A stretch of 64,000 bases of DNA, taken from contig CAZBLH010000001.1 of the NCBI GenBank assembly GCA_964492775.1, positions 70,188 to 134,187 of the forward strand, read 5' to 3'. Source of the stretch: an uncultured Eubacteriales bacterium (GTDB lineage Bacteria; Actinomycetota; Coriobacteriia; Anaerosomatales; PHET01). The notes under the pieces were generated by a model, which saw only the letters and a program-made list of their open reading frames with translations, did not search any database and was not told the DNA's origin. Positions within the stretch are counted from its first letter, which is position 1. The number at the start of each line of letters is the position of its first letter. Below are positions 17,901 to 27,649 of the stretch, in pieces. The position numbers and the translations under genes were made by a program.

Positions 17901-19049
17901 TTACGCCGATGTTCTACCGAGAGCCGTCGCAGGGTCGACCTTCAGGATGCTGCGCAGCGAGAACAGGCTGCCGATGTATGCGGTCGCGAACACGGCAGCG
18001 ACGGCCAGGCCCCACCTGGCGGGATCGGGATCGAACGCCATCGTCGGCGGCATGCCGGCGCCCATGCCCAACGCCAGCAGCACTCCGAAAGCGGTGGCCA
18101 GCGCGACGAGCACGGTGATCTGCGCGATCAGGTCGGCGTACAGGCGGCCGTTCGATGCGCCTATCGCTTTGATGGCCGCAATCTGCGGCGTCTTGTGCAA
18201 GGTGGTGATGTAGAAGAACACGCCGACGAGAAGCGCGCCAATCACGAGCGACACCACCTGGATGCCGGTGACCGCGATGATCATCTCGGTCATTCCGTTG
18301 CCTGATAGCGCCGCCTCCTCGGTGGGAGCGGTTGGGTACTCGTCGCCGAGCGCGTCGATGACCTCCTGGAGGTCCGCGTCCGGCTCCAGCTCGATCGCGG
18401 CGATCGATGCGCTGCCGCTGAACTGTTCGGCCATGAGCCGTCCGGCTCCCGGCGCGTCCGCTTCCGGAGCGTCCATCCTGCCGAGCACGGAGGCGGTGTG
18501 GATCTCCTCCCAGGTCGGCATGTCCACCCAGAGCGTGGGAGTCATCACGTACCGGCGGCCCTCGGTGAAGCCGACAACCTTCAGCTCGATGTCGGTGGGC
18601 GTGAGCACCACGGTGTCGCCGAGCTCCACTCCTTTGAGGGCGGCGCTTTCGTCGGCAACCGTCTCACCTGGGCCGATGTCGCCCGTGCCTTCGACGATCG
18701 GCAGCTGGTCGTGATGGTCGCCCAACCCGAAGATGCGCACGTCGAACGGCTCGTCGCTGCTCACGGTCGCAAACGAGTGCCCAACACCGTATGCGTTCTT
18801 GACGCCGGGGGTCTCGGCTATCTCGGCGATGTCGTCAGCCGAGAGGATGCTGCGCTCAAGCGTCGGGTAGGTGTCTGCCTGGAACGCGAGCGCGTCGGCG
18901 GCGAGTTCCATCTTCGCGCCCGACATGCCGGTGAGCAGGCCCTGAGACATGGCCGTCGTCACCATAGTGAGCGAGACCACGAGCCCGATGGCGACGACCA
19001 TCAGGCCGAACTTCAGTTTGCCGCCGAGCAACTCCTTCAAGACAAGCAT
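17901..19049 (-). CDS. ABC transporter permease, FtsX/MacB type
   Basis: The true start is taken as ATG 19049 (MLVLKELLGGKLKFGLMVV...). It has TM1, a large extracytoplasmic domain and three C-terminal TMs. The 253-aa Arg-rich extension of the raw ORF is discarded. Confidence 0.75.
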   Translation of the reverse strand: MLVLKELLGGKLKFGLMVVAIGLVVSLTMVTTAMSQGLLTGMSGAKMELAADALAFQADTYPTLERSILSADDIAEIAETPGVKNAYGVGHSFATVSSDEPFDVRIFGLGDHHDQLPIVEGTGDIGPGETVADESAALKGVELGDTVVLTPTDIELKVVGFTEGRRYVMTPTLWVDMPTWEEIHTASVLGRMDAPEADAPGAGRLMAEQFSGSASIAAIELEPDADLQEVIDALGDEYPTAPTEEAALSGNGMTEMIIAVTGIQVVSLVIGALLVGVFFYITTLHKTPQIAAIKAIGASNGRLYADLIAQITVLVALATAFGVLLALGMGAGMPPTMAFDPDPARWGLAVAAVFATAYIGSLFSLRSILKVDPATALGRTSA

Positions 19050-19150
19050 GGGGCTCCAAGCAACGTCGCGTACTCGCAATACTATCGCACGGCCAAAGCA
19101 TGGCAGACGGTGCTTAGCGGCTAGAGCCGTTCTGGGCCGCCCTCGCGGTG

Positions 19151-20698
19151 TCAGAGCTCGACGGTGGTCTTGTCCGAGGGACTGGAAACCGCCGAATCCA
19201 TCGCGTCGATGGCCTCGTGCGCTCCGAGCACGTACAGCTCGTCGCGTGCCAACAGCCTCACGCCTCCGGTTGGCACGAACAGGCGTCCCTCGCGCCTGAT
19301 CAGAACGACGAGTGGACGGTCCGGACCTCCGATTCGCAGCAGCTTCTCTCCCTCGGCGGCTGAGCCTTCGGCGATGGTCAACTTCGTCAGGCTGAGCCCT
19401 GATTCGGCAGTGCCGACGAGTTCGATCGGCAGGCTCGAGTCCTCCGAGTATGGCTGCGCAACTCCGAGCAGTCGGGCGGCGAGACTGACGGTCGGGCCCT
19501 GTACGAGGACCGAGATGATGACGGCAAAGAACACGATGTTGAAGATTCCTCTGGAGTCTTCGACACCCGCAACCATAGGGAACGTGGCGAGGATGATGGG
19601 CGCCGCGCCGCGCAGGCCGACCCAGGAGATGAGTGTCTTCTCGGCGGTGGTGAATCCTGAGAACACCATCGAGAGGAACACGGCGACGGGCCGAGCGACC
19701 AGGATGAGTGCGACCGAGACGAAGACCGCCGGTGTCGCGGCAGACATCAGCTGTGACGGTGTCACGAGCAGGCCAAGCATCAAGAACATGCCGATCTGCA
19801 TGATCCACGCCACGCCCTGGTGGAAGCGTCGGAGGCTGTTGCGGTGAACAAACACCTTGCCGGCCAGCGCGAGACCCGTGACGTACACGGCCATGAAGCC
19901 GCTCGTCTGGAGAAGCTCCGCCACCCCGAACACCACGCCCACGACGCCGATTGTGTAAACCGGGTACAGGCCGTCATGCTCAAGATCGAGCCGATCGATG
20001 CTCCAGACGAGCATCCTGCCCGCGAGCCAACCGATGAACGCGCCGCCCGCCACCTTGAAGACGAACAGGAAGGGAACGGCTAATGGGGAGACGGCCTGCC
20101 CCTGTACGAGCAGGATGGCGGTCGTCGTCAGGAACACCGCGCTGGGGTCGTTGCTACCCGACTCAAACTCCAGCAGCGTGCGAATACGATCGGGAAGGCC
20201 CACGCCTCGCGCCCGCAGCACGGAGAAGACCGCTGCGGCATCGGTCGAAGACAGAATCGCGCCGACCAGAAGGCCGTTCTGCCACGACGTGCCGAACACG
20301 AACACCGACAGCAGCGTGATGATTGCAGCCGTGATTCCGACGCCGATGGTCGCCATGATGGTGCCCGTACGCACGGCGATACGGTCCATCTGCGACAGGT
20401 CGGTATTCAGGCCTCCATCGAACAGGATGAGCGCCAACGCGATCGATCCAAAGAGCATCGCCGGCTCTGGCGAGTTGAAGGGGATACCGCCAGGGCCTTC
20501 GGATCCCGCGAGCATGCCGATGGCCAGGAACAGCAGCAGCGCAGGCACGCCGAGCTTCGATGACAGCTTGCTGGCGACGACCCCGGCGATGAGCAGGAGC
20601 GCTCCGACGAGGACCAGTTCCGATACTTGAGAAGCTCCTCCGGCTAGATCCAATACGGCCTCCTGTCCGGCGTTCACAAGCGGGTGAGGGTGATCCAC
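19151..20698 (-). CDS. K+/H+ (cation/proton) antiporter with a C-terminal TrkA-C domain
   Basis: Na_H exchanger-like polytopic core (GVPALLLFLAIGMLAGSEG). The C-terminal domain reads LTIAEGSAAEGEKLLRIG...VVLIRREGRLFVPTGGVRLLARDELYVLG. Confidence 0.8.
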   Translation of the reverse strand: MDHPHPLVNAGQEAVLDLAGGASQVSELVLVGALLLIAGVVASKLSSKLGVPALLLFLAIGMLAGSEGPGGIPFNSPEPAMLFGSIALALILFDGGLNTDLSQMDRIAVRTGTIMATIGVGITAAIITLLSVFVFGTSWQNGLLVGAILSSTDAAAVFSVLRARGVGLPDRIRTLLEFESGSNDPSAVFLTTTAILLVQGQAVSPLAVPFLFVFKVAGGAFIGWLAGRMLVWSIDRLDLEHDGLYPVYTIGVVGVVFGVAELLQTSGFMAVYVTGLALAGKVFVHRNSLRRFHQGVAWIMQIGMFLMLGLLVTPSQLMSAATPAVFVSVALILVARPVAVFLSMVFSGFTTAEKTLISWVGLRGAAPIILATFPMVAGVEDSRGIFNIVFFAVIISVLVQGPTVSLAARLLGVAQPYSEDSSLPIELVGTAESGLSLTKLTIAEGSAAEGEKLLRIGGPDRPLVVLIRREGRLFVPTGGVRLLARDELYVLGAHEAIDAMDSAVSSPSDKTTVEL

Positions 20699-20816
20699 CT
20701 ACGTCGGGCAAGGGCGGACTCGAGTGCAGAACGAGCCACCCACGGGCTCTTGCCACTCCTTTGTAACATACGCGCGCGGGTGAACACGCAGGCCTGTCGT
20801 CTGCTGGGCGCGGGTC

Positions 20817-22025
20817 CTAGAGCGTGAGGATGATGTCGGCGATGAAGCGAGCGGAGCCTGCCAGCAGGTCGTAGTCGAGGATCGCTGGGATGTCCCGCGG
20901 CGTGTGCGAGTATATCCGGGATGCCGAGGCGAAGTCCGTGGATGTGATCGCCACCGATGGGATCCCACGCATCGCGAAGATCATGTGGTCGCTCGCGGGC
21001 CAGCTCGGACCCAGCGCGATGTCCGGCCGCTCCCCCGCAAGCTGCGCGATCCTTTCGGCGAGAGTAGCGTCGACTTCGTAGAGCGAGTACGCGCTCGGTA
21101 GACCCGCAAGGCCGGGGGCGTCCACATTGATTTCGAGGCCCACGTCCGAGAGGTCCGGGTTCGCACCGAGCCATGCCAGCTCGCCAGGGGCGAGCACGTG
21201 GTCCTCGCCGTTGAACGGGACGAACTCGACGGTGTGGGCTGGCGGCGTTTCGCGCAGCAGCTCGGCGACCGCGAGCAGTACAGCGACGCCGCTCGCGTTG
21301 TCGATCGCTCCCGGCGTGTTCGGCTTGGTGTCGAAATGCGCGGATACGATGACCCTCTCCGGGCGCGAACCCTCGATTCGGCCGATTGGCTGCTCGCCCT
21401 CGGATGGCGTCACCACCGAGTCGATCGCAATTGTCACGGGTTCGCCCGCATGCTCGGCGAGCCAGGCGCCTGTCTCGGCATCGAGGTACGCCGTCGGCAG
21501 TGGGAATCCGACCTCCTCGATGAGAGGGAAGGGCGACATCGCTCCGGTCATCGCGCTCTCAGTAGTCGCAGCGAGAATGGCGAGGCACCCAGTGGCCTCA
21601 AGCGCGTCGACGATCTCGGTGTGCTGCGGGTTGCTGTAGAACGGGTAGTTGCGGGGGGTGAACTGGTCGCTGGCGATCTCGTCGCAGAGCAGCAGCACGG
21701 CGTCAGGCGTCGGCACGCGGGGTATGTCGCTGGCGCTACGGACGACCATCAGCACGCCGCGGTCCGCCTCGATGCCTGCCGAGAAGGGGCCGGGCTGAAG
21801 CCGCACCGTCTTCCCGGCGACCTCGATGCTCGAGGCGCCGTCGCGCCACTCGGGAACCTCGAATGCGATCGATCGGGTTTCGAGCCCGGCTTCCCGCATC
21901 CGTTCGAGGATGTACCCGGCAGCCGCGCGGTTGCTCTCCGAGCCCGGATGGCGGTCTGGATACGAACAGAGGTGCTCGACGTCTGCCTGGATGCGCTCGG
22001 CGGTATCACGCTGTGGACGCAACAT
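20817..22025 (-). CDS. M28-family zinc aminopeptidase
   Basis: VSAHFDTKPNTPGAIDNASGVAVLL and FVPFNGEDH metal-ligand motifs. Confidence 0.7.
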   Translation of the reverse strand: MLRPQRDTAERIQADVEHLCSYPDRHPGSESNRAAAGYILERMREAGLETRSIAFEVPEWRDGASSIEVAGKTVRLQPGPFSAGIEADRGVLMVVRSASDIPRVPTPDAVLLLCDEIASDQFTPRNYPFYSNPQHTEIVDALEATGCLAILAATTESAMTGAMSPFPLIEEVGFPLPTAYLDAETGAWLAEHAGEPVTIAIDSVVTPSEGEQPIGRIEGSRPERVIVSAHFDTKPNTPGAIDNASGVAVLLAVAELLRETPPAHTVEFVPFNGEDHVLAPGELAWLGANPDLSDVGLEINVDAPGLAGLPSAYSLYEVDATLAERIAQLAGERPDIALGPSWPASDHMIFAMRGIPSVAITSTDFASASRIYSHTPRDIPAILDYDLLAGSARFIADIILTL

Positions 22026-22196
22026 CGGATTCCCCTTCGTCCGAACGGCAGCTTCTTAGACGAATTCCAGCCTACTGCCTCGCGACACCCTCTGCTACTG
22101 CGATTCTCGTTACCCATTTGCCCGGAGGCGATGCCTTGGGCGCGAAGGTGGGGATGCACTCTCCAAGTGGGATTAGCGATGGAGGTGCTTTCTGCG

Positions 22197-22637
22197 ATGC
22201 AGTTCCTATCCGTGTACCTCAACTTCGACGGTGCTGCCCAAGAGGCATTCGAGTTCTACCGCTCGGTGTTCGGCGGCGAGTTCAACGGCATGCTGCGTTT
22301 CCGGGACTTCGATGAGGATGCCATGGGGGTTTCTGAGGCTGACCGCGACAAGATCGCGCATGTGTCGCTACCGCTCTCGAGCGGAGTTGGCCTGATGGCG
22401 TCCGATGTGGCCGGGGAGCAGGCCAAGCGATTCATCGCCGGCAACAACGTCTACATCTATCTTGAGGCCGATAGCGCGGAAGAGGCCGACCGGCTCTACG
22501 AGGGGTTGTCGCAGGACGGTATCGCCGAGATGCCCCTGCAGCCCACAGTATGGGCCGAGAAGTACGGGAGCCTGATTGACCGGTTCGGCGTGCCGTGGAT
22601 GATCTCGTATACCGGCGACGTGGAGTTCACGCTCTAG
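22197..22637 (+). CDS. VOC/glyoxalase-fold protein (PhnB-like)
   Basis: ATG 22197 lies 11 nt after GGAGG. MQFLSVYLNFDG.AQEAFEFYRSVFGGEF...IAHVSLPL...GVPWMI is typical of the family. The long upstream part of ORF 21198-22637 is antisense to the peptidase gene and is rejected. Confidence 0.7.
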   Translation: MQFLSVYLNFDGAAQEAFEFYRSVFGGEFNGMLRFRDFDEDAMGVSEADRDKIAHVSLPLSSGVGLMASDVAGEQAKRFIAGNNVYIYLEADSAEEADRLYEGLSQDGIAEMPLQPTVWAEKYGSLIDRFGVPWMISYTGDVEFTL

Positions 22638-22652
22638 CGGAGCGCGAAGTCG

Positions 22653-23852
22653 CTACCACAGCATGGGTTGGTGCTCGGGTCGCTTCCCGTCCATGAGGAT
22701 GAACGCAGCCGCCCGTTTCGTGATGACGCCAAGCGCGCGCAGGTCGCGCGTCGTTCGGAGTCTGCTCTCTCGACGGGCGGCGATGATCCTCTTCGCACCC
22801 AGAGGGCCGATTCCCGGTACCCGTAGCAGCTGCGAACGCTCGGCGGTGTTGATTTCGATGGGCTTTTCGGCGAGGTGCATGCGCGCCCATGCCAGCTTGG
22901 GGTCCTCGATGAGCGGAAGGTTGCCGTCCGCGCCGTACGGGAGTTCGTCGGCCTCAAATCCGTAGTCTTTGAGCAGGTAGTCGCACTGGTAGAGCCGGTG
23001 CTCGCGCACGGGCGATTCGGGTGGCAGGTCTTCGAACGGCGTGTTGCGAATCGGCGCGAAGGCGCTGAAGTACGTCCGGGCTACCCCTGCGTTCTTGCGC
23101 AGATAGCCGACGGCGTCGAGGATCTCCCGGTCGCTCTCGCCGCCTGGGCCGACTACGAACTGGGTGGTCTGGCTGGGTCCGCTTCTCGACCGGTTGCGCC
23201 AGCCGCCCGGGCTGCCTTCGCTCTGACGGCGGATCTGCTCAACGGTGAGCAGGGGCCGGACGAGCTCCTCGACAAGCCGCTTGTGGGGGGCGAGCTGCGC
23301 CAGCGATGCTCGGGTGGGGGCCTCAAGGTTCACCGAGACGCGATCCGCGAGCTGCATCGAGCGCTCGATCTGTGCGTACTCGGCACCGGGCATGAGCTTC
23401 AGGTGGATGTAGCCCTGAAAGCCGTACCGTTCGCGCAGGATCTCGGCGGTCGCGATGAGCGCGTCCTGGGTGCGCACGCCACCGCCGGAGATCGCCGAGC
23501 TCAGGAATATCCCCTCTGCCATCCGCTTGGCGTGCAGCTGCGTGAAGGCGCTCGCCAGCTCGTCGGGGGTGAATCGCGGCTTGTGGCCGTCTCTGCCCGC
23601 GCGGAAGGGGCAGTAGTTGCAGTCGCGCTCGCACGCCGAGTTCAGGAGCGTCTTGAGGAGCGCGACCTTCTTGCCGCCAGGCATGAGCGCCTGGTGGATG
23701 AAGTGCTGGTCACGCCGGTGAGGTGCCGCGTCGGCGTCGGGAGCCGGTCCCAAGGGTTTCGAGCGAGGCGGTCCACACGCATCACTGCACTGCTCGAACT
23801 CCATGTAGGGAGCGATCTCACCAAGCTTCTCTATGGTCTCCTGTGTGCCCAC
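22653..23852 (-). CDS. Putative DNA modification/repair radical SAM protein (TIGR03916-like) with a C-terminal helix-hairpin-helix
   Basis: CNYCPFRAGRD cluster motif. HhH motif LLRVPGIGPLGAKRIIAARR. 399 aa. Confidence 0.75.
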   Translation of the reverse strand: MGTQETIEKLGEIAPYMEFEQCSDACGPPRSKPLGPAPDADAAPHRRDQHFIHQALMPGGKKVALLKTLLNSACERDCNYCPFRAGRDGHKPRFTPDELASAFTQLHAKRMAEGIFLSSAISGGGVRTQDALIATAEILRERYGFQGYIHLKLMPGAEYAQIERSMQLADRVSVNLEAPTRASLAQLAPHKRLVEELVRPLLTVEQIRRQSEGSPGGWRNRSRSGPSQTTQFVVGPGGESDREILDAVGYLRKNAGVARTYFSAFAPIRNTPFEDLPPESPVREHRLYQCDYLLKDYGFEADELPYGADGNLPLIEDPKLAWARMHLAEKPIEINTAERSQLLRVPGIGPLGAKRIIAARRESRLRTTRDLRALGVITKRAAAFILMDGKRPEHQPMLW

Positions 23853-23899
23853 GGTGCTGCCTCTGATGCTGGAATGGGGGCATGTTCGATCACAGTATA

Positions 23900-23915
23900 T
23901 CGAACAACTGTTCGA
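23900..23915. promoter_or_regulatory. LexA (SOS) box of the Gram-positive / actinobacterial type
   Basis: TCGAACAACTGTTCGA fits TCGAAC-N4-GTTCGA and sits inside the longer palindrome ATATCGAAC....GTTCGATAT (23897-23918). It lies 48 nt upstream of the radical-SAM start codon. An extra GTTCGAT half-site is at 23884-23890. Confidence 0.7.
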
Positions 23916-23997
23916 TATACGAGAGTGCGCGCGTCTACAAGTTGCAGCGTGAGGCGGTCGTGGACGCGATGAAGACCGACACGCGGGCAGTCGCCGC

Positions 23998-24819
23998 CTA
24001 AGCCAGCTCCCGCTCCAGCATCACGAGCTTCCTGTCGAGTCCCCAACGGTATCCGCCGAGGGCGCCGCTCGCGCGCAGCACCCGGTGGCAGGGGATCACG
24101 TACGCGACCGGATTCGCCCCGACGGCACTCGCGACGGCCCGCGTCGCCGAAGGCTCGCCGATGCGCTCGGCCAGGTCGCCGTAGGAGATGAGGCAACGCT
24201 CGGGTATCTGCAGGAGGGCCTCCCAGACACGCAGCTGGAAGTTGGTTCCGCGCAGCAGTAGCGTGATCGGACGGTCGCGTGACGTGTCGTCGCCGAAGAT
24301 CGAGTTGACCACCGGTGCGGTCCGCGCGTCGTCGCGCGATACGCGCGCCCCGCTCCACTCGGCCTCGATCTCCTCGATGACAGCCCCGGCGCCATCGGCC
24401 TCGCAGAACCTCAGGGCGCACACGCCGCGGTCGGTGGTGCCGAGCACGCATGTCCCGAACGGCGTCTCATGGACCCCGGTCGTGATCGTGAGTCCTGCGC
24501 CCCGGGTGGCGTACTCGCCCGGGGTGACCGCTCGGACGGCGACCATGAGGTCGTGCAGGCGCCCGGACCCGCTCAGGCCGACTTCGAAGGCGGCATCCAG
24601 GACGGGCACGGACTCGCGCAGCAACTCCTGCGCTCGGGAGGCGGTGAGGTGTTGAAGGAAGCGCTTCGGGCTCACCCCGGCCCATCGGCGGAAGACCCGC
24701 TGCAGGCGTGCCGGATCAAGGCTTACGTGGGCGGCCACCTCGGCGAGCGAAGGCTGCCGAGTCGGGTTCTCGGCGATGAACACGATCGCCTCGCGGACGC
24801 ATTCGTAGTCTGTGCGCAT
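23998..24819 (-). CDS. Ada-like fusion: AraC-type HTH regulator plus O6-alkylguanine-DNA alkyltransferase
   Basis: The N-terminal AraC HTH reads PSLAEVAAHVSLDPARLQRVFRRWAGVSPKRFLQ. The C-terminal MGMT domain has the active site IPCHRV. Start is taken at ATG 24819, 6 nt after GGGAGG. Confidence 0.8.
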   Translation of the reverse strand: MRTDYECVREAIVFIAENPTRQPSLAEVAAHVSLDPARLQRVFRRWAGVSPKRFLQHLTASRAQELLRESVPVLDAAFEVGLSGSGRLHDLMVAVRAVTPGEYATRGAGLTITTGVHETPFGTCVLGTTDRGVCALRFCEADGAGAVIEEIEAEWSGARVSRDDARTAPVVNSIFGDDTSRDRPITLLLRGTNFQLRVWEALLQIPERCLISYGDLAERIGEPSATRAVASAVGANPVAYVIPCHRVLRASGALGGYRWGLDRKLVMLERELA

Positions 24820-25147
24820 TCCCATCCTCCCGGGCCGGTCGATGCCGACGGTACCAGCGAACCGGCCCGGGCACGACCCGATTTCTGCGACAAGGTGCTC
24901 ACGATGCATGGCGGAAGCGCGGTATCATGGAGTCCGAACGAAGCGGGGGTCGCGTCAGCCACCGTCACCACGGTCACAAGGGGCATTCACTCGGCATGAG
25001 GGCGTAACCGCAGCACTCGATGCTCGGGCCTCGGCAGCGGGGTCTGATACTGCCCGCTCGACGCGAGCGGCGTGGCGGTTCGTTCTCATTCGGATTCGAA
25101 GGTAACAGCCCCGCGCTCGTTCGCGACCCGCAAGTGGAGGTCGCCTC

Positions 25148-26647
25148 ATGTTCCTCGCTCTCACTGACGTCTCATTCTCGTACGAGGGTTCGCCTGCCGA
25201 GATACTCTCGTCGCTCGCCGTCTCGTTGCCCGGGGGCTGGACCGGCGTGGTCGGTCCGAACGGCAGCGGCAAGACGACGTTGATGCGCATCGCCGCCGGT
25301 GAGCTTCGGCCGACTTCCGGTGCCATCTCCCGTCCCGGTGACGCCGTCTACTGCCCGCAACCGACCGAGTTGCCGCCGGCCGGACTCGAGGAGTTCGCGC
25401 TTGACTGGGGCGCCGAGGCAGGCAAGCTGCGTTCGGTTCTCGGCATCGGAGACGACTGGCCGTGGCGCTTCGGCACGCTCTCGCACGGGGAGCGCAAGCG
25501 CCTGCAGCTCGCGGTCGCGCTGTGGCGGATGCCGCACGTGCTTGCCGTCGATGAACCGACCAACCACCTCGACGCGTCGGCCCGGCAGCTGGTGATGGGC
25601 GCGCTGCGCACGTTCGACGGCATCGGCCTGCTCGTGAGCCACGACCGCGGACTGCTCGACGCGCTCACGGAGCGGTCGCTCTTCCTCGCGCCCGGCCGGC
25701 CGGCGGTGCTCCGGCCGGGTTCCTACTCCGTAGCCAAGATGCAGGCGGAGATAGAGGGCGAGACGGCAGCGCGCGAGAGGGAGAATGCGAAGCGGGAGCT
25801 TGCCCGCTTGCGAAGGGCGGCGGCTCGCCGGAGGGTGGAGGCCGACCGCGCCCACTCGGCTCGCTCCAAGCGCAATCTCGATCCCAAGGACCGTGATGGG
25901 AAGGGGCGCATCGGCCTCGCCATCCTCACCGGGAAGGACGGCCAGGCGGGCAGGCTCTCGGCCCAGCTCGCGGGGCGCCTCAGGCTCGCAGAGGCCCGGC
26001 TGGATTCGACGTTTGCCGAGAAGGTGAGCGAAGGCACGATCTGGCTTCCTGAAGGGTACTCGGCGCGACGCACGGCCGCCGAGCTGCCTGCGATCGCGTT
26101 GCCGCTCGGTCCCGGCCGAACCCTCGAGGTGCCGGCGCTGGCCGTCGGCCCGCGCGACCGCATCGCGATCGTCGGGCCGAACGGCGCTGGCAAGTCGACG
26201 CTCGTCGGCGCGCTGCTCAAGCGCGCGAACCTCGAACCCGAGCGCGTGCTGTACCTGCCCCAGGAGGTGTCTGCCGAGGAATCCGCCGCCCTCCTTGCCG
26301 AGCTGGCGGGACTGCAGCCCGAGGTGCTCGGCAGGGTGCTCTCGGTCGTCGCACGGCTTGGGTCGTCCCCGGCCAGCCTGCTTGGGGGCCGCGCGCCGAG
26401 CCCAGGCGAGACCCGGAAACTCATGCTCGCGCTCGGCACGCTTCGCGAGCCGCACTTGGTGGTGATGGACGAGCCGACCAACCACCTCGATCTGCCGTCC
26501 ACCGAGGCGCTCGAAGACGCTCTCGCCGAATGCCCCTGCGCGCTCGTCCTGGTGTCGCATGATGCGAAGTTCGTTGAACGGCTGGCGGATGTGCGGTGGG
26601 AGCTATGGCGTGATGACGATGGAGTCTCTCGGCTGAGGGAAAGATGA
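25148..26647 (+). CDS. ABC-F family ATPase (two ABC domains joined by a charged linker)
   Basis: Two Walker A motifs (GPNGSGKTT, GPNGAGKST), two Walker B motifs (LAVDEPTNHLD, VVMDEPTNHLD) and an Arg/Glu-rich interdomain linker. No TM segments. Confidence 0.8.
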   Translation: MFLALTDVSFSYEGSPAEILSSLAVSLPGGWTGVVGPNGSGKTTLMRIAAGELRPTSGAISRPGDAVYCPQPTELPPAGLEEFALDWGAEAGKLRSVLGIGDDWPWRFGTLSHGERKRLQLAVALWRMPHVLAVDEPTNHLDASARQLVMGALRTFDGIGLLVSHDRGLLDALTERSLFLAPGRPAVLRPGSYSVAKMQAEIEGETAARERENAKRELARLRRAAARRRVEADRAHSARSKRNLDPKDRDGKGRIGLAILTGKDGQAGRLSAQLAGRLRLAEARLDSTFAEKVSEGTIWLPEGYSARRTAAELPAIALPLGPGRTLEVPALAVGPRDRIAIVGPNGAGKSTLVGALLKRANLEPERVLYLPQEVSAEESAALLAELAGLQPEVLGRVLSVVARLGSSPASLLGGRAPSPGETRKLMLALGTLREPHLVVMDEPTNHLDLPSTEALEDALAECPCALVLVSHDAKFVERLADVRWELWRDDDGVSRLRER

Positions 26648-26725
26648 GTGCGGGCTTCCTGACAGGTGAGCACGGAGGTCCTACAGTGGTGACAGGTCGG
26701 CATCCGGAAGCAAGAGGGGATACGC

Positions 26726-27649
26726 ATGACGACAGTGATCGAGACGCGTGGCCTGGAGAAGCGGTTTGGGAAGGTGCGCGCGCTCGATGGCCTGGACCTG
26801 ACCGTCGGGCAAGGCGAGGTCCACGGGTTTCTCGGCCCGAACGGCGCGGGGAAGACGACCACCATCCGCATCTTGCTCGGCCTGCTGCGATCCGACGGCG
26901 GTAGCGCCACGCTGCTCGGCGGCGATCCGTGGGCCGATGCAGTCAGGCTGCACCGACGTCTCGCCTACGTCCCCGGGGACGTCGAACTCTGGCCGAACCT
27001 CACCGGCGGCGAGACGATAGACCTGCTCGGCAGGCTGCGCGGCTCGCTGGACGCGAAGCGCCGCGACGAACTCATCGAGCGGTTCGACCTCGACCCGACC
27101 AAGAAGGGCCGCACCTACTCGAAGGGCAACCGCCAGAAGGTCGCGCTCATCGCGGCGCTAGCCTCGAACGCCGAGTTGCTGATGCTGGACGAGCCGACCG
27201 CCGGTCTCGATCCGCTGATGGAGGCGGTCTTCCAAGAGATCATTCGTCAGCTGAAGGCCGAGGGGCGCACCGTACTGCTGTCGAGCCACATCCTCGCGCA
27301 GGTCGAGGTGCTCGCCGACAAGGTCTCCATCATCCGGCAGGGCCGAATCGTAGAGTCGGGGACCCTTCGAGACCTGCAGCATCTCCGCCGCACCACCTTC
27401 GTGGTCGACACTGTGCAGCCCGCCGAGCCTATCGCGGCGCTGCCGGGCGTCCGTGACTTCGCCTCAACCGATGGGCTTTGGAGCTTCGATGTCGACGCCG
27501 AGCAGATCGACGCCGTCGTGCGTGAGCTCGCGCGACTCGGGCTGCGCTCAATCACCTCGCACCCGCCGACTCTCGAGCAGTTGCTGCTGAGCCACTACAG
27601 TGACACGCACGAGGTGTCGGGCGAGGAGCTTGCCGAGGCGGAGCGATGA
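26726..27649 (+). CDS. ABC transporter ATP-binding protein (ABC-2 / DrrA-like exporter)
   Basis: [41 protein letters not shown]. Confidence 0.85.
   Translation: MTTVIETRGLEKRFGKVRALDGLDLTVGQGEVHGFLGPNGAGKTTTIRILLGLLRSDGGSATLLGGDPWADAVRLHRRLAYVPGDVELWPNLTGGETIDLLGRLRGSLDAKRRDELIERFDLDPTKKGRTYSKGNRQKVALIAALASNAELLMLDEPTAGLDPLMEAVFQEIIRQLKAEGRTVLLSSHILAQVEVLADKVSIIRQGRIVESGTLRDLQHLRRTTFVVDTVQPAEPIAALPGVRDFASTDGLWSFDVDAEQIDAVVRELARLGLRSITSHPPTLEQLLLSHYSDTHEVSGEELAEAER

Noticed and set aside
17901-19808. Very long N-terminal extensions of raw ORFs: 17901-19808, 21198-22637, 44723-48307, 52506-54002, 14248-16479, 29207-29836, 23998-24909.
   Set aside because: The extensions are Arg-rich or overlap neighbouring genes. 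In each case an internal ATG or GTG with a Shine-Dalgarno sequence gives the canonical family N-terminus.
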